Source: Spirochaetaceae bacterium
GTDB lineage: Bacteria > Spirochaetota > Spirochaetia > Treponematales > Rectinemataceae
NCBI GenBank assembly: GCA_025358255.1
Contig: JANYKC010000086.1
Location: 24,698 to 88,697 of the forward strand
Direction: 5' to 3'
DNA length: 64,000 bases
Each line of letters starts with the position of its first letter. Position 1 is the stretch's first letter. Under the pieces are notes generated by a model. The model made no database searches, had not been told where the DNA came from, and saw only the letters and a program-made list of their open reading frames with translations. The position numbers and the translations under genes were made by a program. Positions 53,740 to 63,370 of the stretch are shown one piece after another.

Positions 53740-54727
53740 TCCCCTTTGCCCCAAAGGGAACTTTACAGCGCTCGCGGAGATCCTGGACGCCAAGAAGCCC
53801 GTCTACGTCCAGACCCATGACTTCCCGGACCTGGATGCCGTGGCCTCCGCATGGGCCCTTGCCGACCTCCTGCGAAGGCGCGGTTTCATCGTCGAGTGCG
53901 TCTACCGCGGCCGTATCCGTTCGCGGAGCCTCCAGCGCCTCGTCCTCGAATTCCATCATTCCCTCTGTGACAGCCTTCCATTGGCCATGACTGCCTCAGG
54001 GCGAGGCCAGATCGTTGTCGTGGATGGCTCGCCAGCGAACGGCAACGTAAGCCTCTTCCCGGGGGACCTGGTCGGCATCATCGACCATCATTGCTCGACG
54101 GCGGTCCCCGTGGCGGCCTACATCGATCTCCGCCCCGAGCTCGCAGCCTGCTCGACCATCATCCAGGGCTACTACGAAGCGGAAAACCTGGAGGTTCCGA
54201 GGGACCTCGCCACGGCCCTCATAGCCGGCATCCAGTCCGACACCGACTTCCTTTCCCGCCGGGCTGACCCCGAGGATTTCGCAGCCTATTCGGCCCTCTA
54301 CCGCCTTGGCGATTTCGTGATGGCAAGCCATATCGTGCGGACGGTCTTTGACCTTGCCGACCTCGCGCTCGCGACCAGGGCCCTCTCGTCTTCCGTCGTG
54401 GAAAATGGTATCTTCTGGGCCTTCCTCGAGGGCGAATGCAGCCAGGAAGTCCTGGCCGTCCTGGCCGAGTTCGTCCTCCGCACCGAGGAAATCCGCGCCG
54501 CAATCGTGGCGGAGCATGACCTTCTCCTCGGTGGCGTCCATCTATCGATCCGGTCAAAGGACCCTGGCCTCTCCGCTTTCGACCTTGTCCGCCGCGCCCT
54601 TGAGGGCCTCGGCTCGGGAGGGGGCCACTCGCATTCCGCGGGCGGTCTTGTCCCCGATTCCACCTTCCCCGGAGAAGGGGCCCTGAGGGAGCGCTTTTTC
54701 GCGGCCGTCCGGGAATTTCCAGCCTAA
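53732..54727 (+). CDS. DHH family phosphoesterase (NrnA-like)
   Basis: HDFPDLDAVASA (DHH motifs I/II), VVDGS, IIDHH, and a GGGH motif near the C-terminus (DHHA1). 8-nt overlap with the TPR gene. Confidence 0.8.
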   Translation: MADPLCPKGNFTALAEILDAKKPVYVQTHDFPDLDAVASAWALADLLRRRGFIVECVYRGRIRSRSLQRLVLEFHHSLCDSLPLAMTASGRGQIVVVDGSPANGNVSLFPGDLVGIIDHHCSTAVPVAAYIDLRPELAACSTIIQGYYEAENLEVPRDLATALIAGIQSDTDFLSRRADPEDFAAYSALYRLGDFVMASHIVRTVFDLADLALATRALSSSVVENGIFWAFLEGECSQEVLAVLAEFVLRTEEIRAAIVAEHDLLLGGVHLSIRSKDPGLSAFDLVRRALEGLGSGGGHSHSAGGLVPDSTFPGEGALRERFFAAVREFPA

Positions 54728-54738
54728 GGGAGCGTCTC

Positions 54739-55956
54739 ATGTCCAAGTCAGCCCGCCGCCTCGAACTCGGCGACCGCAGCATTGTCCTGGTGGGCACGGC
54801 CCATATTTCCCCCGAGAGCATCGGCGAGGTCTCGGACCTCATCCGTGAGGAAAGGCCCTCGCGCGTCTGCGTCGAGATCGACTCGGGCCGCTACACCTCG
54901 ATGAGCGAGGGACAGGGCTGGGCCAACCTCGACATCGGCAAGATACTCCGCGAAGGCAAGGGCTTCCTCCTCATGGCCAACCTGGCCCTGTCGGGCTTCC
55001 AGCGCCGCATGGGCGAGGGCGTGGGTGTCCGCCCAGGGGATGAGATGCTCGCCGCCGTCAAGGCAGCCGAGGACTGCGGCATCCCCTTCGATTTCTGCGA
55101 TCGGGAAGTGCAGCTCACCCTCAAGCGGGCCTGGGCTAAATCGGGCCTCTGGAACAAGGCCAAGCTCATCGCTAGCCTCGGCGAAAGCGCCTTTTCGAAC
55201 GAGAAGCTCACCGAGCTGGAGATCGAGCAGCTCAAGGACCGGAGCGAACTCGAGGAGATGATGGGCGAGCTCGCCGACTTCCTGCCCTCAGTGAAGGAAG
55301 TCCTCATCGATGAGCGGGACCGCTTCCTGGCCACCAAGATATTCGAGGCGGCGAACAGGGTAGGGCTTGCCCTGGATGGGACCGAAAAGCGGCCGACGGT
55401 GATCGCGGTCGTAGGCGCAGGCCACCTGACCGGGATCGAAGCCTGGCTTGGAAAGCTCCAGGCTGGCAGCGTATCGACCGACCTCTCAGAGATCGAGACC
55501 CTCCCCAAGCCCTCCATCTGGGGAAAGGTGGCAGGCTGGGCGATACCCGCGGCCATCGTCGGCCTCATAGTCCTTGGCTTCTTCAAATCGGGCACCCAGG
55601 CAAGCCTTGAGCTCCTCCTCCGATGGGTGCTGTTCAATGGTTCGCTCGCGGCACTGGGTTCCCTCATCTGCCTGGCCCACCCCCTCACGATACTCGCCTC
55701 CTTTGTCGCCGCGCCCATCGCGACCCTCAACCCCTTTGTCGGTGTCGGCCTCTTCGCCGGGTTGGCAGAAGCCTTCCTCCGAAAGCCCAGGGTTGCGGAC
55801 TTCGAATCCCTGGCCGATGACGTGACCAACTTCAAGGGTTTTTACCGGAACAGGGTCACCCATATACTTCTCATCTTTTTCCTGTCGAGCCTCGGCGGCA
55901 TGATCGGCAATTTCATCGCCCTGCCGATCCTGGCCACAAGGGCCATCGGCGGCTAA
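54739..55956 (+). CDS. TraB/GumN family protein with C-terminal membrane domain
   Basis: VGTAHISPESI motif, ERDRFLA, VVGAGHL. C-terminal TM helices. Confidence 0.8.
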   Translation: MSKSARRLELGDRSIVLVGTAHISPESIGEVSDLIREERPSRVCVEIDSGRYTSMSEGQGWANLDIGKILREGKGFLLMANLALSGFQRRMGEGVGVRPGDEMLAAVKAAEDCGIPFDFCDREVQLTLKRAWAKSGLWNKAKLIASLGESAFSNEKLTELEIEQLKDRSELEEMMGELADFLPSVKEVLIDERDRFLATKIFEAANRVGLALDGTEKRPTVIAVVGAGHLTGIEAWLGKLQAGSVSTDLSEIETLPKPSIWGKVAGWAIPAAIVGLIVLGFFKSGTQASLELLLRWVLFNGSLAALGSLICLAHPLTILASFVAAPIATLNPFVGVGLFAGLAEAFLRKPRVADFESLADDVTNFKGFYRNRVTHILLIFFLSSLGGMIGNFIALPILATRAIGG

Positions 55957-56186
55957 GAACGAAGCCGCCGAAGGAAACCGCCCACGAGGAAACATCGACG
56001 GCTGGGAAAGGGGCGGCTGCGCCTGTCGCCTCAGGCCTGGCTCGGGCGCCCTCCTCGCCTTCCTAGCCGCATGCGCCATCCCATCGGTCAATTGGCCACG
56101 AATGCTGGTGTGGCATGGAAACGCGAGGCATGGCCGTGCTAGGATTCGCCCACTCGAACCCGGGCCTTGTCCCAAGGAGAACCAAC

Positions 56187-56681
56187 ATGGAGAATTGCCC
56201 CTGCGGCTCCGGCCGTTCATATGAAACCTGCTGCGGCCCCTATATCGCCGGAAAAGCCAAGGCGCCCACTGCCGAGGCCTTGATGCGTGCCCGCTATTCG
56301 GCCTATGCCACGGGAGGGGTCGACTTCATCGTCTCGTCCTGCCTCCGCGAGGAAGGCGATGGTGGCCTCGATGTCGAGGCCACCAAGAAATGGGCCAAGG
56401 AGTCGCGCTGGCTTGGCCTCAAGATCATGAGGACCGAAAAAGGCGGAGCGGCCGACGACGAAGGCGTGGTTGAATTCGTGGCCACCTACGAACAAGGCGG
56501 CCTCCACGAGGAACACCACGAGATCGGCGGCTTCGTGAAGAAGGACGGCTCTTGGCTCTACCAAACGGGCAACGTCATCCCGACGACCGTGGTGCGCACG
56601 AGCCCCAAGGTCGGGCGCAACGATCCCTGCCCCTGCGGATCAGGCAAGAAATACAAGAAGTGCTGCGGGCTTAAAGACTAG
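56187..56681 (+). CDS. YchJ-family protein with N- and C-terminal SEC-C zinc motifs
   Basis: [14 protein letters not shown] and [17 protein letters not shown] at 56187 is preceded by AAGGAG. Confidence 0.85.
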   Translation: MENCPCGSGRSYETCCGPYIAGKAKAPTAEALMRARYSAYATGGVDFIVSSCLREEGDGGLDVEATKKWAKESRWLGLKIMRTEKGGAADDEGVVEFVATYEQGGLHEEHHEIGGFVKKDGSWLYQTGNVIPTTVVRTSPKVGRNDPCPCGSGKKYKKCCGLKD

Positions 56682-56710
56682 CGCCAATAGATCGAGAAGC
56701 TTGCTTGAAC

Positions 56711-56786
56711 ATTTCCAGGACCCGCTCAAGGGGTCCTGGAAATGCAAAAGGGCCGGGGTGTCGCTTCGCGACCCCGGCCCTTTTGC
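56711..56786. terminator. two consecutive hairpins (bidirectional terminator region)
   Basis: ttccaggaccc-gctcaa-ggggtcctggaa, then gggccggggt...accccggccc flanked by A- and T-runs. Lies between convergent genes. Confidence 0.7.
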
Positions 56787-56985
56787 CATGCCACCCCCGG
56801 CGGCGCGAGTTCATGAAATGGTGGGGCACATGCTCAACCAATAGGTAGGTCTTGGATTAGCGCGGACATGACCTCGGCCGCAATGCAGGAAGCGGTTCAA
56901 TCCAGCGGTCTTGGAGCCGCGTTGATGGCCCTGGGCGAAAATTCGCCGTTGGGGCCAGGTGGGCGCCCGGATGCGGGGGGACTGC

Positions 56986-57966
56986 CTAGCCAAGGGCGCG
57001 GAGGATTTCCCCTTCCTTGGCCGCCGAAAGGGCCAGCGGTGAGGGATGGGCGGCGGTCCATCCGGCCACGTCGCGGATGGTCTGCTCGAGGGGCGTGATG
57101 GAGAAGCCGGCGGCCTGGGCCTTCCGGGTGTCGAGGTCCATGAGGGCGGCATGCAGGCCGTGTTCTGGACGGAAGAGGGGCAAGCCCACAAAGGAGAGGC
57201 CCGCGGCAGCCAGGATTTCCGCAGGGACCCATAGGGGCTCCTTCACGCCAAGAAGGCCTGCGAACTCCGCCCAGGTGGGCCTTTCGCCTCCCAGGTGGAA
57301 AGCGCCCGTCAAGCGCTCCCCAACCACCTTGGCCGCGAAGCCGGCGAGGTCGCGAACGTCGAGGACCTGCACATGGTCACTCCCGTCACCGGGAACCAGG
57401 GTCGGACCGCTTCGGGCGGCCCGCTGCACCCAATAGCCGAAACGGCCCGTCGGGTCCTCAGGGCCGGCGACGGTCTGCGGACGCAGGATGGCGTATCTTC
57501 CGGCGAAGGCCTCCGTCACGATGTTCTCGCAGGCCACTTTCAGGGGGCCGTAGGTGTCACCATCGATTTCGGTCACGCTCTCCTCGGCTGGCGCCACCCG
57601 GGACGTGGTCTCACGAACAGGACGGTCCTTGGTGTCGCCATATACCATGACCGCGCTCACATAGAGGTAAAACTCGACACGGTCCCTCAGGAGCTCCACG
57701 GTCGGCCTCACCTGGGTCGGTGTATAGCCGCATACGTCGATGCAGACGTCGAAGCGTCGATCCCGCAAAGTCTCCAGCCAAGGGCTGCCGCCATCGCGGT
57801 CGCCCAGGAGGCGCTCGACTCCGGAGGGCAGGACCAGGTCATGCCGCCCCCTGCTGAGCACCGTCACCCGATGGCCTCGACCCGCCAAAGCCCGCGCCAT
57901 AAAGCGGCCGAGGAATCCCGTCCCCCCTAAAATGAGCACCGAGGATGGCTCGGCCGCCCGCATCAT
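56986..57966 (-). CDS. NAD(P)-dependent epimerase/dehydratase family (atypical SDR) protein
   Basis: ILGGTGFLGRFMARAL Rossmann motif. Start chosen at the MM at 57966/57963, overlapping the MerR stop. The longer ORF was rejected. Confidence 0.8.
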   Translation of the reverse strand: MMRAAEPSSVLILGGTGFLGRFMARALAGRGHRVTVLSRGRHDLVLPSGVERLLGDRDGGSPWLETLRDRRFDVCIDVCGYTPTQVRPTVELLRDRVEFYLYVSAVMVYGDTKDRPVRETTSRVAPAEESVTEIDGDTYGPLKVACENIVTEAFAGRYAILRPQTVAGPEDPTGRFGYWVQRAARSGPTLVPGDGSDHVQVLDVRDLAGFAAKVVGERLTGAFHLGGERPTWAEFAGLLGVKEPLWVPAEILAAAGLSFVGLPLFRPEHGLHAALMDLDTRKAQAAGFSITPLEQTIRDVAGWTAAHPSPLALSAAKEGEILRALG

Positions 57967-58709
57967 GCTTTTGCCCTCATGCAGTAGACCTTCACCGCCT
58001 CGACCATGAACTCGGCGAGCTGGGGGTCCACGGCGTCGAAGTTGGCCTTGAAGCGGGGATCGGCGCAATAGTTTTCGGCCAGGGCGACCAACTGGTCGAG
58101 ACGAGGCGTCCAGAAATGGTCCATGTTTGTCCGCCAGCGTTGCACAAGGGCCTGGACCGCCGGAGCGGCCGCGCCTTGGGGCATGGCGGCAAGGAGTTCG
58201 ACATAGACCTGCGTGCCTTCCGCCAGGATAGAGGCCTTCTTCTCGGCGCTGTAGGCCTTCCACTTCCGGTTCGATTCGCGGACGATCTGTGGGTCATACA
58301 TTTGCTCCGCCTCGAGGGCGAATTTTTCCTCTTGTTCCGGGCTGAGTCCTGCGAATATCTCTTTGCTTTCCATAGGTTTCCCTCCTTTCAAATGCAAAAT
58401 GGTCCTGTCCACGGTCGCCGTGAGCAGCTCAAGGCGCCGCATGCGCTTGCCCAATTCGACCTTATGGCTCTCCAATGCGGCGCTCACGTCGAAATCACGG
58501 CGTCCCATGATCGCGCCGATCTCCTCGAGGGGCAGCCCCAGTTCACGGTAAAGCAGGATTTGCTGCATGGAAAGGACGGACTCCTCCCCGTAGTAGCGAT
58601 AGCCATTATCGCCAATCCGGGATGGCTTGAGGATGCCGATCCTGTCGTAGTGGCGGAGGGTGCGCGGGGTCACGCCCGCCATGTCGGAAAGCTGCTTTAC
58701 CGTGAACAT
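57963..58709 (-). CDS. MerR family transcriptional regulator with TipAS-like C-terminal domain
   Basis: MFTVKQLSDMAGVTPRTLRHYDRIGILKPS... HTH and coiled coil, then a TipAS-type antibiotic-recognition-like domain. Confidence 0.88.
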   Translation of the reverse strand: MFTVKQLSDMAGVTPRTLRHYDRIGILKPSRIGDNGYRYYGEESVLSMQQILLYRELGLPLEEIGAIMGRRDFDVSAALESHKVELGKRMRRLELLTATVDRTILHLKGGKPMESKEIFAGLSPEQEEKFALEAEQMYDPQIVRESNRKWKAYSAEKKASILAEGTQVYVELLAAMPQGAAAPAVQALVQRWRTNMDHFWTPRLDQLVALAENYCADPRFKANFDAVDPQLAEFMVEAVKVYCMRAKA

Positions 58710-58752
58710 CCTGCCTCTCCGATCGCGCCCCAGGCTCTGGGGCGCGATCGAA

Positions 58753-58783
58753 AGCATAAAACATGACGTAACGTCAACGTCAA
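58753..58783 (-). promoter_or_regulatory. MerR-type promoter with 19-nt spacer and central dyad
   Basis: Minus strand: TTGACG, 19 nt, TATGCT. The spacer contains the palindrome GACGT-T-ACGTC. Confidence 0.6.
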
Positions 58784-59024
58784 GAAAAACCCAACAAGGA
58801 AAAACAGGAAGTCTGCGCCCCGCCAAAGGCCTCGGTGCAAGACCATGGGCTATCGATCCGGAAATCGCGAAACCCTAGAATTCCCTCATCGGGATTTGAT
58901 GGTTTTCATGTCACGGCATGAGGCTCTGGGCATCGGGATGACGACCCAGGAGACAAAGCCAGCCTTGGTGAAGCTCCCCTGAAACGGGTTAGGCTTGGAG
59001 GCCGTCCTGAGCCGGCCCTCTTCC

Positions 59025-59879
59025 CTAATCGACCTGCTTCCGCCCCACATTCCTTCCCACCACCTCGTGCACGTTGTGGATGGAAAGGAAAGCGCCAGGA
59101 TCGATGCGTTTGGCGATCTCCTTGGCCTTGGGGACCTCGAGGCGCTGGACGACCATGTAGATGATGTCGGTCTCCTTCTTCGAATAGCCGCCCATGCCCT
59201 TGATGATGGTGACCGTGCTCTTCATCTCGTCCATGATGGCCTTGGAGATCTCGTCCGTCCTCTCCGAGATGACAAAGATGGACTTCGACTCGTCAAGACC
59301 CTCCACGATGAGGTCGATCGCCTTGTAGGCGACGATGTAGGCGACCACGGAATAGAGGGCCCGCTCGAGGCCGAAAATGAGGCCGGCCGCCGCGAAGATG
59401 AAGACATTGAAGAACATCACGATCTCGCCGAGTGAAAAAGCCACGCGCTTGGCGATGATGATGGCCAGGATCTCGGTGCCGTCCAGGCAACCGCCATTCC
59501 TGATGATGAGGCCGACGCCAAGGCCCAGGACCATGCCGCCGAAGATCGCTGCCAAAAAAAGATCCTTCGTGAGTTCGGGTGCGGTATGCAGGAGTGCCAG
59601 CCAAAGCGAGAGGCTCGCGATGGCATAGAGGGCAGTCAGTACGAACTTCCGCCCCAGGAGTTTCCAGCCGATGCCCAGGAAGGGGAGATTGATGACCAGG
59701 ACCAGGATCCCCAGCGGCAGCTTGAAAAGGTAGCTCGCGATCATGGAGACGCCTACTACGCCACCGTCGAAGATGCGGTTCGGCACCAGGAACTCGGCAA
59801 GGCCGAAAGCCGCGAGGAAGGCGCCAAGCTGGACGAGGGCGATCGCCAGGAGAAAATGCCAGATCCCGTTCTTCTTCAT
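59025..59879 (-). CDS. YitT family membrane protein (DUF2179 C-terminal domain)
   Basis: Five TM helices followed by a soluble DUF2179-like domain (TVTIIKGMGGYSKKE...). Confidence 0.85.
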   Translation of the reverse strand: MKKNGIWHFLLAIALVQLGAFLAAFGLAEFLVPNRIFDGGVVGVSMIASYLFKLPLGILVLVINLPFLGIGWKLLGRKFVLTALYAIASLSLWLALLHTAPELTKDLFLAAIFGGMVLGLGVGLIIRNGGCLDGTEILAIIIAKRVAFSLGEIVMFFNVFIFAAAGLIFGLERALYSVVAYIVAYKAIDLIVEGLDESKSIFVISERTDEISKAIMDEMKSTVTIIKGMGGYSKKETDIIYMVVQRLEVPKAKEIAKRIDPGAFLSIHNVHEVVGRNVGRKQVD

Positions 59880-59899
59880 GCTTAGGCCTTCCTTGGGGC

Positions 59900-61132
59900 T
59901 CAGCGGTCCTTTTCCAGGACGTAGAGGTATTCGCGCACGTGGATGTCGCGGCCGTGGAGGTTCCGCGATCCCCTGAAGGTATTATAGGGCTTGTGGAGAG
60001 TCTCCACCCGGCCGTGGGCCTCCAGGATCGATTGCATCTCGCCGGGCTTGATGAAGCCATCGGAGTTGAAGGAGACGAGGACAAATCGGGCACGGACCGT
60101 GTCGACGAGCCCGGCAAGGGCGGCGGCGGCGGCGGCGGCGCGGTTGTAGGCGGAACGACGCCAGGCCTTCGGTATCCCCGAGACGCGGGAGAGGCCCTCC
60201 GGCTCCTCGTATTCGACGAGGAGATTGAGCATGAAATAATTCGAGCCGTATGGATGCTGGTTGTAGGGAGGGTCGAGATAGGCGAGGTCCACCTCGGGAA
60301 GGTCGAGGCAGACAAGGTTCGCGTCGCCTTGGAGGACCCGCGATTCGCAGGAAAAGCGCGAGAGGACCGGGGGGCGGAGTTCTATGTCGCCCTTGATGCG
60401 GGTCAGGGCGTCGCCCTTCCTTCCGCCGAATTGCCCCAGTCCCGTTTCCGTGTTTTTGTAGAAGCCCTTGAAGACACCTGCGGTATTCGCGTGCACCGAG
60501 GCCTCGGAGAGAAGGGGGCCGAGGAAATACCGACCCAGGCTGGGAGGGAGCTCGCCCACGAGGCTCCTGGCCGTATCGAGGAAGCGCGCGTTCCGAGCCG
60601 TGTAGAACACGCGCTCGCCCGCCTTTATGGCCGCATCATCCTGAGGCGCGTAGAGCCGCGAGATGATGCCGTCCTCCAGAAGGCCGGACCGGAGTCGGTC
60701 TCCCATCCAGGCGAAGGCCTGGGCGTATTCCCGGGAGGGAAATTCCTCCCTGTTGGCCAGGAAGCACTCCGAGGCGGCCCGCGCATAGGCTTCAAGGTCA
60801 TTCACCCACAGTCGCCGCGCATGGCGCTTGAGGAAACGGGAGACCGCGCCGGAGCCCGAAAAGGCGTCCAGGACGTCGAGCTTCCTGCCCCCGAGCCGCG
60901 TGACCACTTTTTCCACGCCCTCCCCCACGAGGCCAAGGAGGGCCCGCTTGTTGCCGAGGCAGGTGATGAGCTGGCTTGAAAGGTAGCCGGCCTCTTCCCC
61001 GTCGTCGGCCGGGTCGCGGGCGTCATAGCCACCGTCCGCGCTAGCGAGCGAGGAGATAGGAGCCCCCGAGCTCTGCCTCCAGGCCTGCTTGGCCCGTAAA
61101 CCTGTAGGCATTGAGGCCCGCTGCCCTGGCAC
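59900..61132 (-). CDS. DNA amino-methyltransferase (alpha-class layout; probably N6-adenine)
   Basis: FxGxG AdoMet motif (DAFSGSGAV) about 195 aa upstream of LDPPYNQHPY. Start is either the GTG at 61132 or the ATG at 61111; both overlap the 3' end of the HAD gene. Confidence 0.8.
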   Translation of the reverse strand: MPGQRASMPTGLRAKQAWRQSSGAPISSLASADGGYDARDPADDGEEAGYLSSQLITCLGNKRALLGLVGEGVEKVVTRLGGRKLDVLDAFSGSGAVSRFLKRHARRLWVNDLEAYARAASECFLANREEFPSREYAQAFAWMGDRLRSGLLEDGIISRLYAPQDDAAIKAGERVFYTARNARFLDTARSLVGELPPSLGRYFLGPLLSEASVHANTAGVFKGFYKNTETGLGQFGGRKGDALTRIKGDIELRPPVLSRFSCESRVLQGDANLVCLDLPEVDLAYLDPPYNQHPYGSNYFMLNLLVEYEEPEGLSRVSGIPKAWRRSAYNRAAAAAAALAGLVDTVRARFVLVSFNSDGFIKPGEMQSILEAHGRVETLHKPYNTFRGSRNLHGRDIHVREYLYVLEKDR

Positions 61133-61715
61133 CTTCTACATTGGCCGCGATGTCGTCGATGAAAAGGCAGTCGCCGGGCGCCACCCCGAGGGAGCGCACC
61201 GCAAGGTCGTAGATCGCGCGGTCGGGCTTGACCAGGTGGTGCTCGGCGGAAAGTACGAGGTGGTCGAAAAAACCGAGCCACTGGGCCCGCGCGTGGAGGG
61301 CGGTGACACCATCCAGGGGCAGGTTGGACAGGATTGCCATATGGGTGACGCGGGACCGGAGCGCGGCGATGAGGGAGACCATCCCCGCGTCGAAGCGGAA
61401 CCAGCAGTCCATGTCGGCCATCCGGAGCCTTTCGGTCGCCCCAGCGTCCAGGACATAGCCTAGCTTCCCGCCCACAAGGCGCCAGTAGTCGATGGCATCG
61501 AGCTTCCCGCGGTCGTACTCGAGCCTGAAACCGAAGTACGCCGAAAGGAGTTCCTCCCGTGAAGGGGCGGTGGGTTTCGGGGCTCCCTTCCCCAAGGCCC
61601 GGGCCTGCCCGATGAGGTTCCGCATCAGGTCGAATTGGGCCTCGTCCGGAGGCAGGGTGATGACATTGCCGAAATCGAAGATGAGGGCTTTGACCGTCTT
61701 CACTGCGGCGCCCAT
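61041..61715 (-). CDS. HAD family hydrolase (YihX-like, DxGNV type)
   Basis: ALIFDFGNVI motif I, ILSN motif II, FIDD motif IV. The ATG shares one nt with the upstream stop. Confidence 0.85.
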   Translation of the reverse strand: MGAAVKTVKALIFDFGNVITLPPDEAQFDLMRNLIGQARALGKGAPKPTAPSREELLSAYFGFRLEYDRGKLDAIDYWRLVGGKLGYVLDAGATERLRMADMDCWFRFDAGMVSLIAALRSRVTHMAILSNLPLDGVTALHARAQWLGFFDHLVLSAEHHLVKPDRAIYDLAVRSLGVAPGDCLFIDDIAANVEGARAAGLNAYRFTGQAGLEAELGGSYLLAR

Positions 61716-63370
61716 CAGCGTTCCGTCGCCTTCTCGACAAGCTCGAAGAGGGCGGGCATGAGCTGCTTCTTGCGCGAAAGGATGTCCTTGAGCACATAGA
61801 CCCCTGTCTCCTCCTTGGGATAGGAGAGGAGGGGCAGGAACTCGCGGTCGGCGTCGATGAGGAGGAGGCTCGTGAGGTCGGTGATGTCGGTGACCATGAT
61901 GGCCGAAAGGTAATAGCCGCCCTCCCGCCTCAGGTGGGCAAGTCCTTGGGCGATCTCCGCGCGCCGCTCCATGATCTCCGCGGTGTCGGAGACCTCCACC
62001 TGGCTTACGGAAAGGCGCTTCCCCGAGGCTTCGTATTCCTTCAGGTCCAGCTTGATGATCTCCGCCGCCGGGCGGGAGGCCACCGCGGAGGCGGAACCCA
62101 TCATGTCCTTCCCCAGGGTATCGATCTCGAGGTCGCAGACATTGGCCAGGTAATCGGCGGTCTCGCGGTCCAGCTCCGTCGTCGTGGCGGAGCGCAGGAT
62201 GAGGGTGTCGGAGAGGATGCCGCACAGGAGGACCGAGGCGATCGGCTTGGGCAGGGGAACGCGTTGCTCGCGGTACATTCCGGCGATGATCGTGCTCGTG
62301 GAACCCACGACCCTGTTGATGAAGGTGATGGGGTACTTGGTGGCGAAGGAACCGAGGCGGTGGTGGTCGATGACCTCGAGGATCCGGTAGTTCTCGATCC
62401 CGTCCACGGCCTGGGAGAACTCGTTGTGGTCGACCATGATGAGCTCGATGTTGGGCTCGCGGATGAGGTCTCCCTCGGTGAAGAGGCCGACCACCCTCCC
62501 CTCGTCGTCCAGGACGGGCACCGAGCGGCTAGGGCTGTGGGCAAGGTGGACGCGGGCGGACTTCACCCAGTCGCTGCGGTTCACCGGCTTGATGGTGGTG
62601 TCGCCCATCGTGTTCACCGGGGTGGAGTAGATGGCCAGGAGGGCGGTGCTCGAGGTGTCATAGGGAGACACGAGGACGGAGACGCGCTTCTCCTCGGCGA
62701 GCTCGCGCAGGCCCTTGCCTATAAGGTTGCCGTTCGTGACGATGAGCGCGCGGACGCCGGCCTCGATGGCGATGCGCTGGATGTCCTCGCGGTCGCCCAC
62801 GAGGACGACCTTGTTGCTGGCGGGCTCCGAGAGGATGTGTGCCCTGAAGGTCTCCGTCTCCAGCGCCCCGACCGTGATCCTCGCCTTGAAGAACTGCTCC
62901 TCGTCGAAGGCCACGAGGGACTGGGCCTTGATGATCTTCATGAGATGGGCGACGCTCGTCGTGACCACGGCCTTCTTGTGTGGGTTGATCTTCGTCAGGA
63001 TGTTCTCCGCGAAAGCCCCGTAGTGGAGCATGGAGACGTATTTCCCTTCGGCGTCCACGATGGGCAGGGCCTTGATCTCGGCCTTGCCCATGACCTGCAA
63101 GGCCTCCCACAGCGGCGTGGTGTCGCGCACCGTGAGGGCTGGCCCGTTCAGCCAGTATTCGACCTTGGGGATCAGGTCGGGGACGAATTCCGGCAGGGGG
63201 ACTCCGAAGCGCTCGAAGATGTACTCCGTCTGGGGATTGACCGCGCCGGCCCTGGCGGCGCGGGCGGTGTCCATGCCCAGGGACCTCTTGAGCACGGCGT
63301 AGGCCGCCGCTGCGACCACGGAATCGGTGTCGGGGTTCTTGTGTCCGATGACATAGACGGTGGGGATCAC
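61715..63370 (-). CDS. CBS domain-containing family II inorganic pyrophosphatase (DHH-CBS-DRTGG-DHHA2)
   Basis: IGHKNPDTDSV, CBS pair, DRTGG-like insert (LVGDRED), IMVDHNE, VIDHHR, and a DHHA2 C-terminal domain. Confidence 0.85.
   Translation of the reverse strand: MIPTVYVIGHKNPDTDSVVAAAAYAVLKRSLGMDTARAARAGAVNPQTEYIFERFGVPLPEFVPDLIPKVEYWLNGPALTVRDTTPLWEALQVMGKAEIKALPIVDAEGKYVSMLHYGAFAENILTKINPHKKAVVTTSVAHLMKIIKAQSLVAFDEEQFFKARITVGALETETFRAHILSEPASNKVVLVGDREDIQRIAIEAGVRALIVTNGNLIGKGLRELAEEKRVSVLVSPYDTSSTALLAIYSTPVNTMGDTTIKPVNRSDWVKSARVHLAHSPSRSVPVLDDEGRVVGLFTEGDLIREPNIELIMVDHNEFSQAVDGIENYRILEVIDHHRLGSFATKYPITFINRVVGSTSTIIAGMYREQRVPLPKPIASVLLCGILSDTLILRSATTTELDRETADYLANVCDLEIDTLGKDMMGSASAVASRPAAEIIKLDLKEYEASGKRLSVSQVEVSDTAEIMERRAEIAQGLAHLRREGGYYLSAIMVTDITDLTSLLLIDADREFLPLLSYPKEETGVYVLKDILSRKKQLMPALFELVEKATER

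Noticed and set aside
59025-63370. Searched the methyltransferase neighbourhood for a restriction endonuclease, specificity subunit or defence-island genes.
   Set aside because: The flanking genes are YitT, a HAD phosphatase and a CBS-pyrophosphatase with clear housekeeping signatures. No nuclease-like ORF is present.
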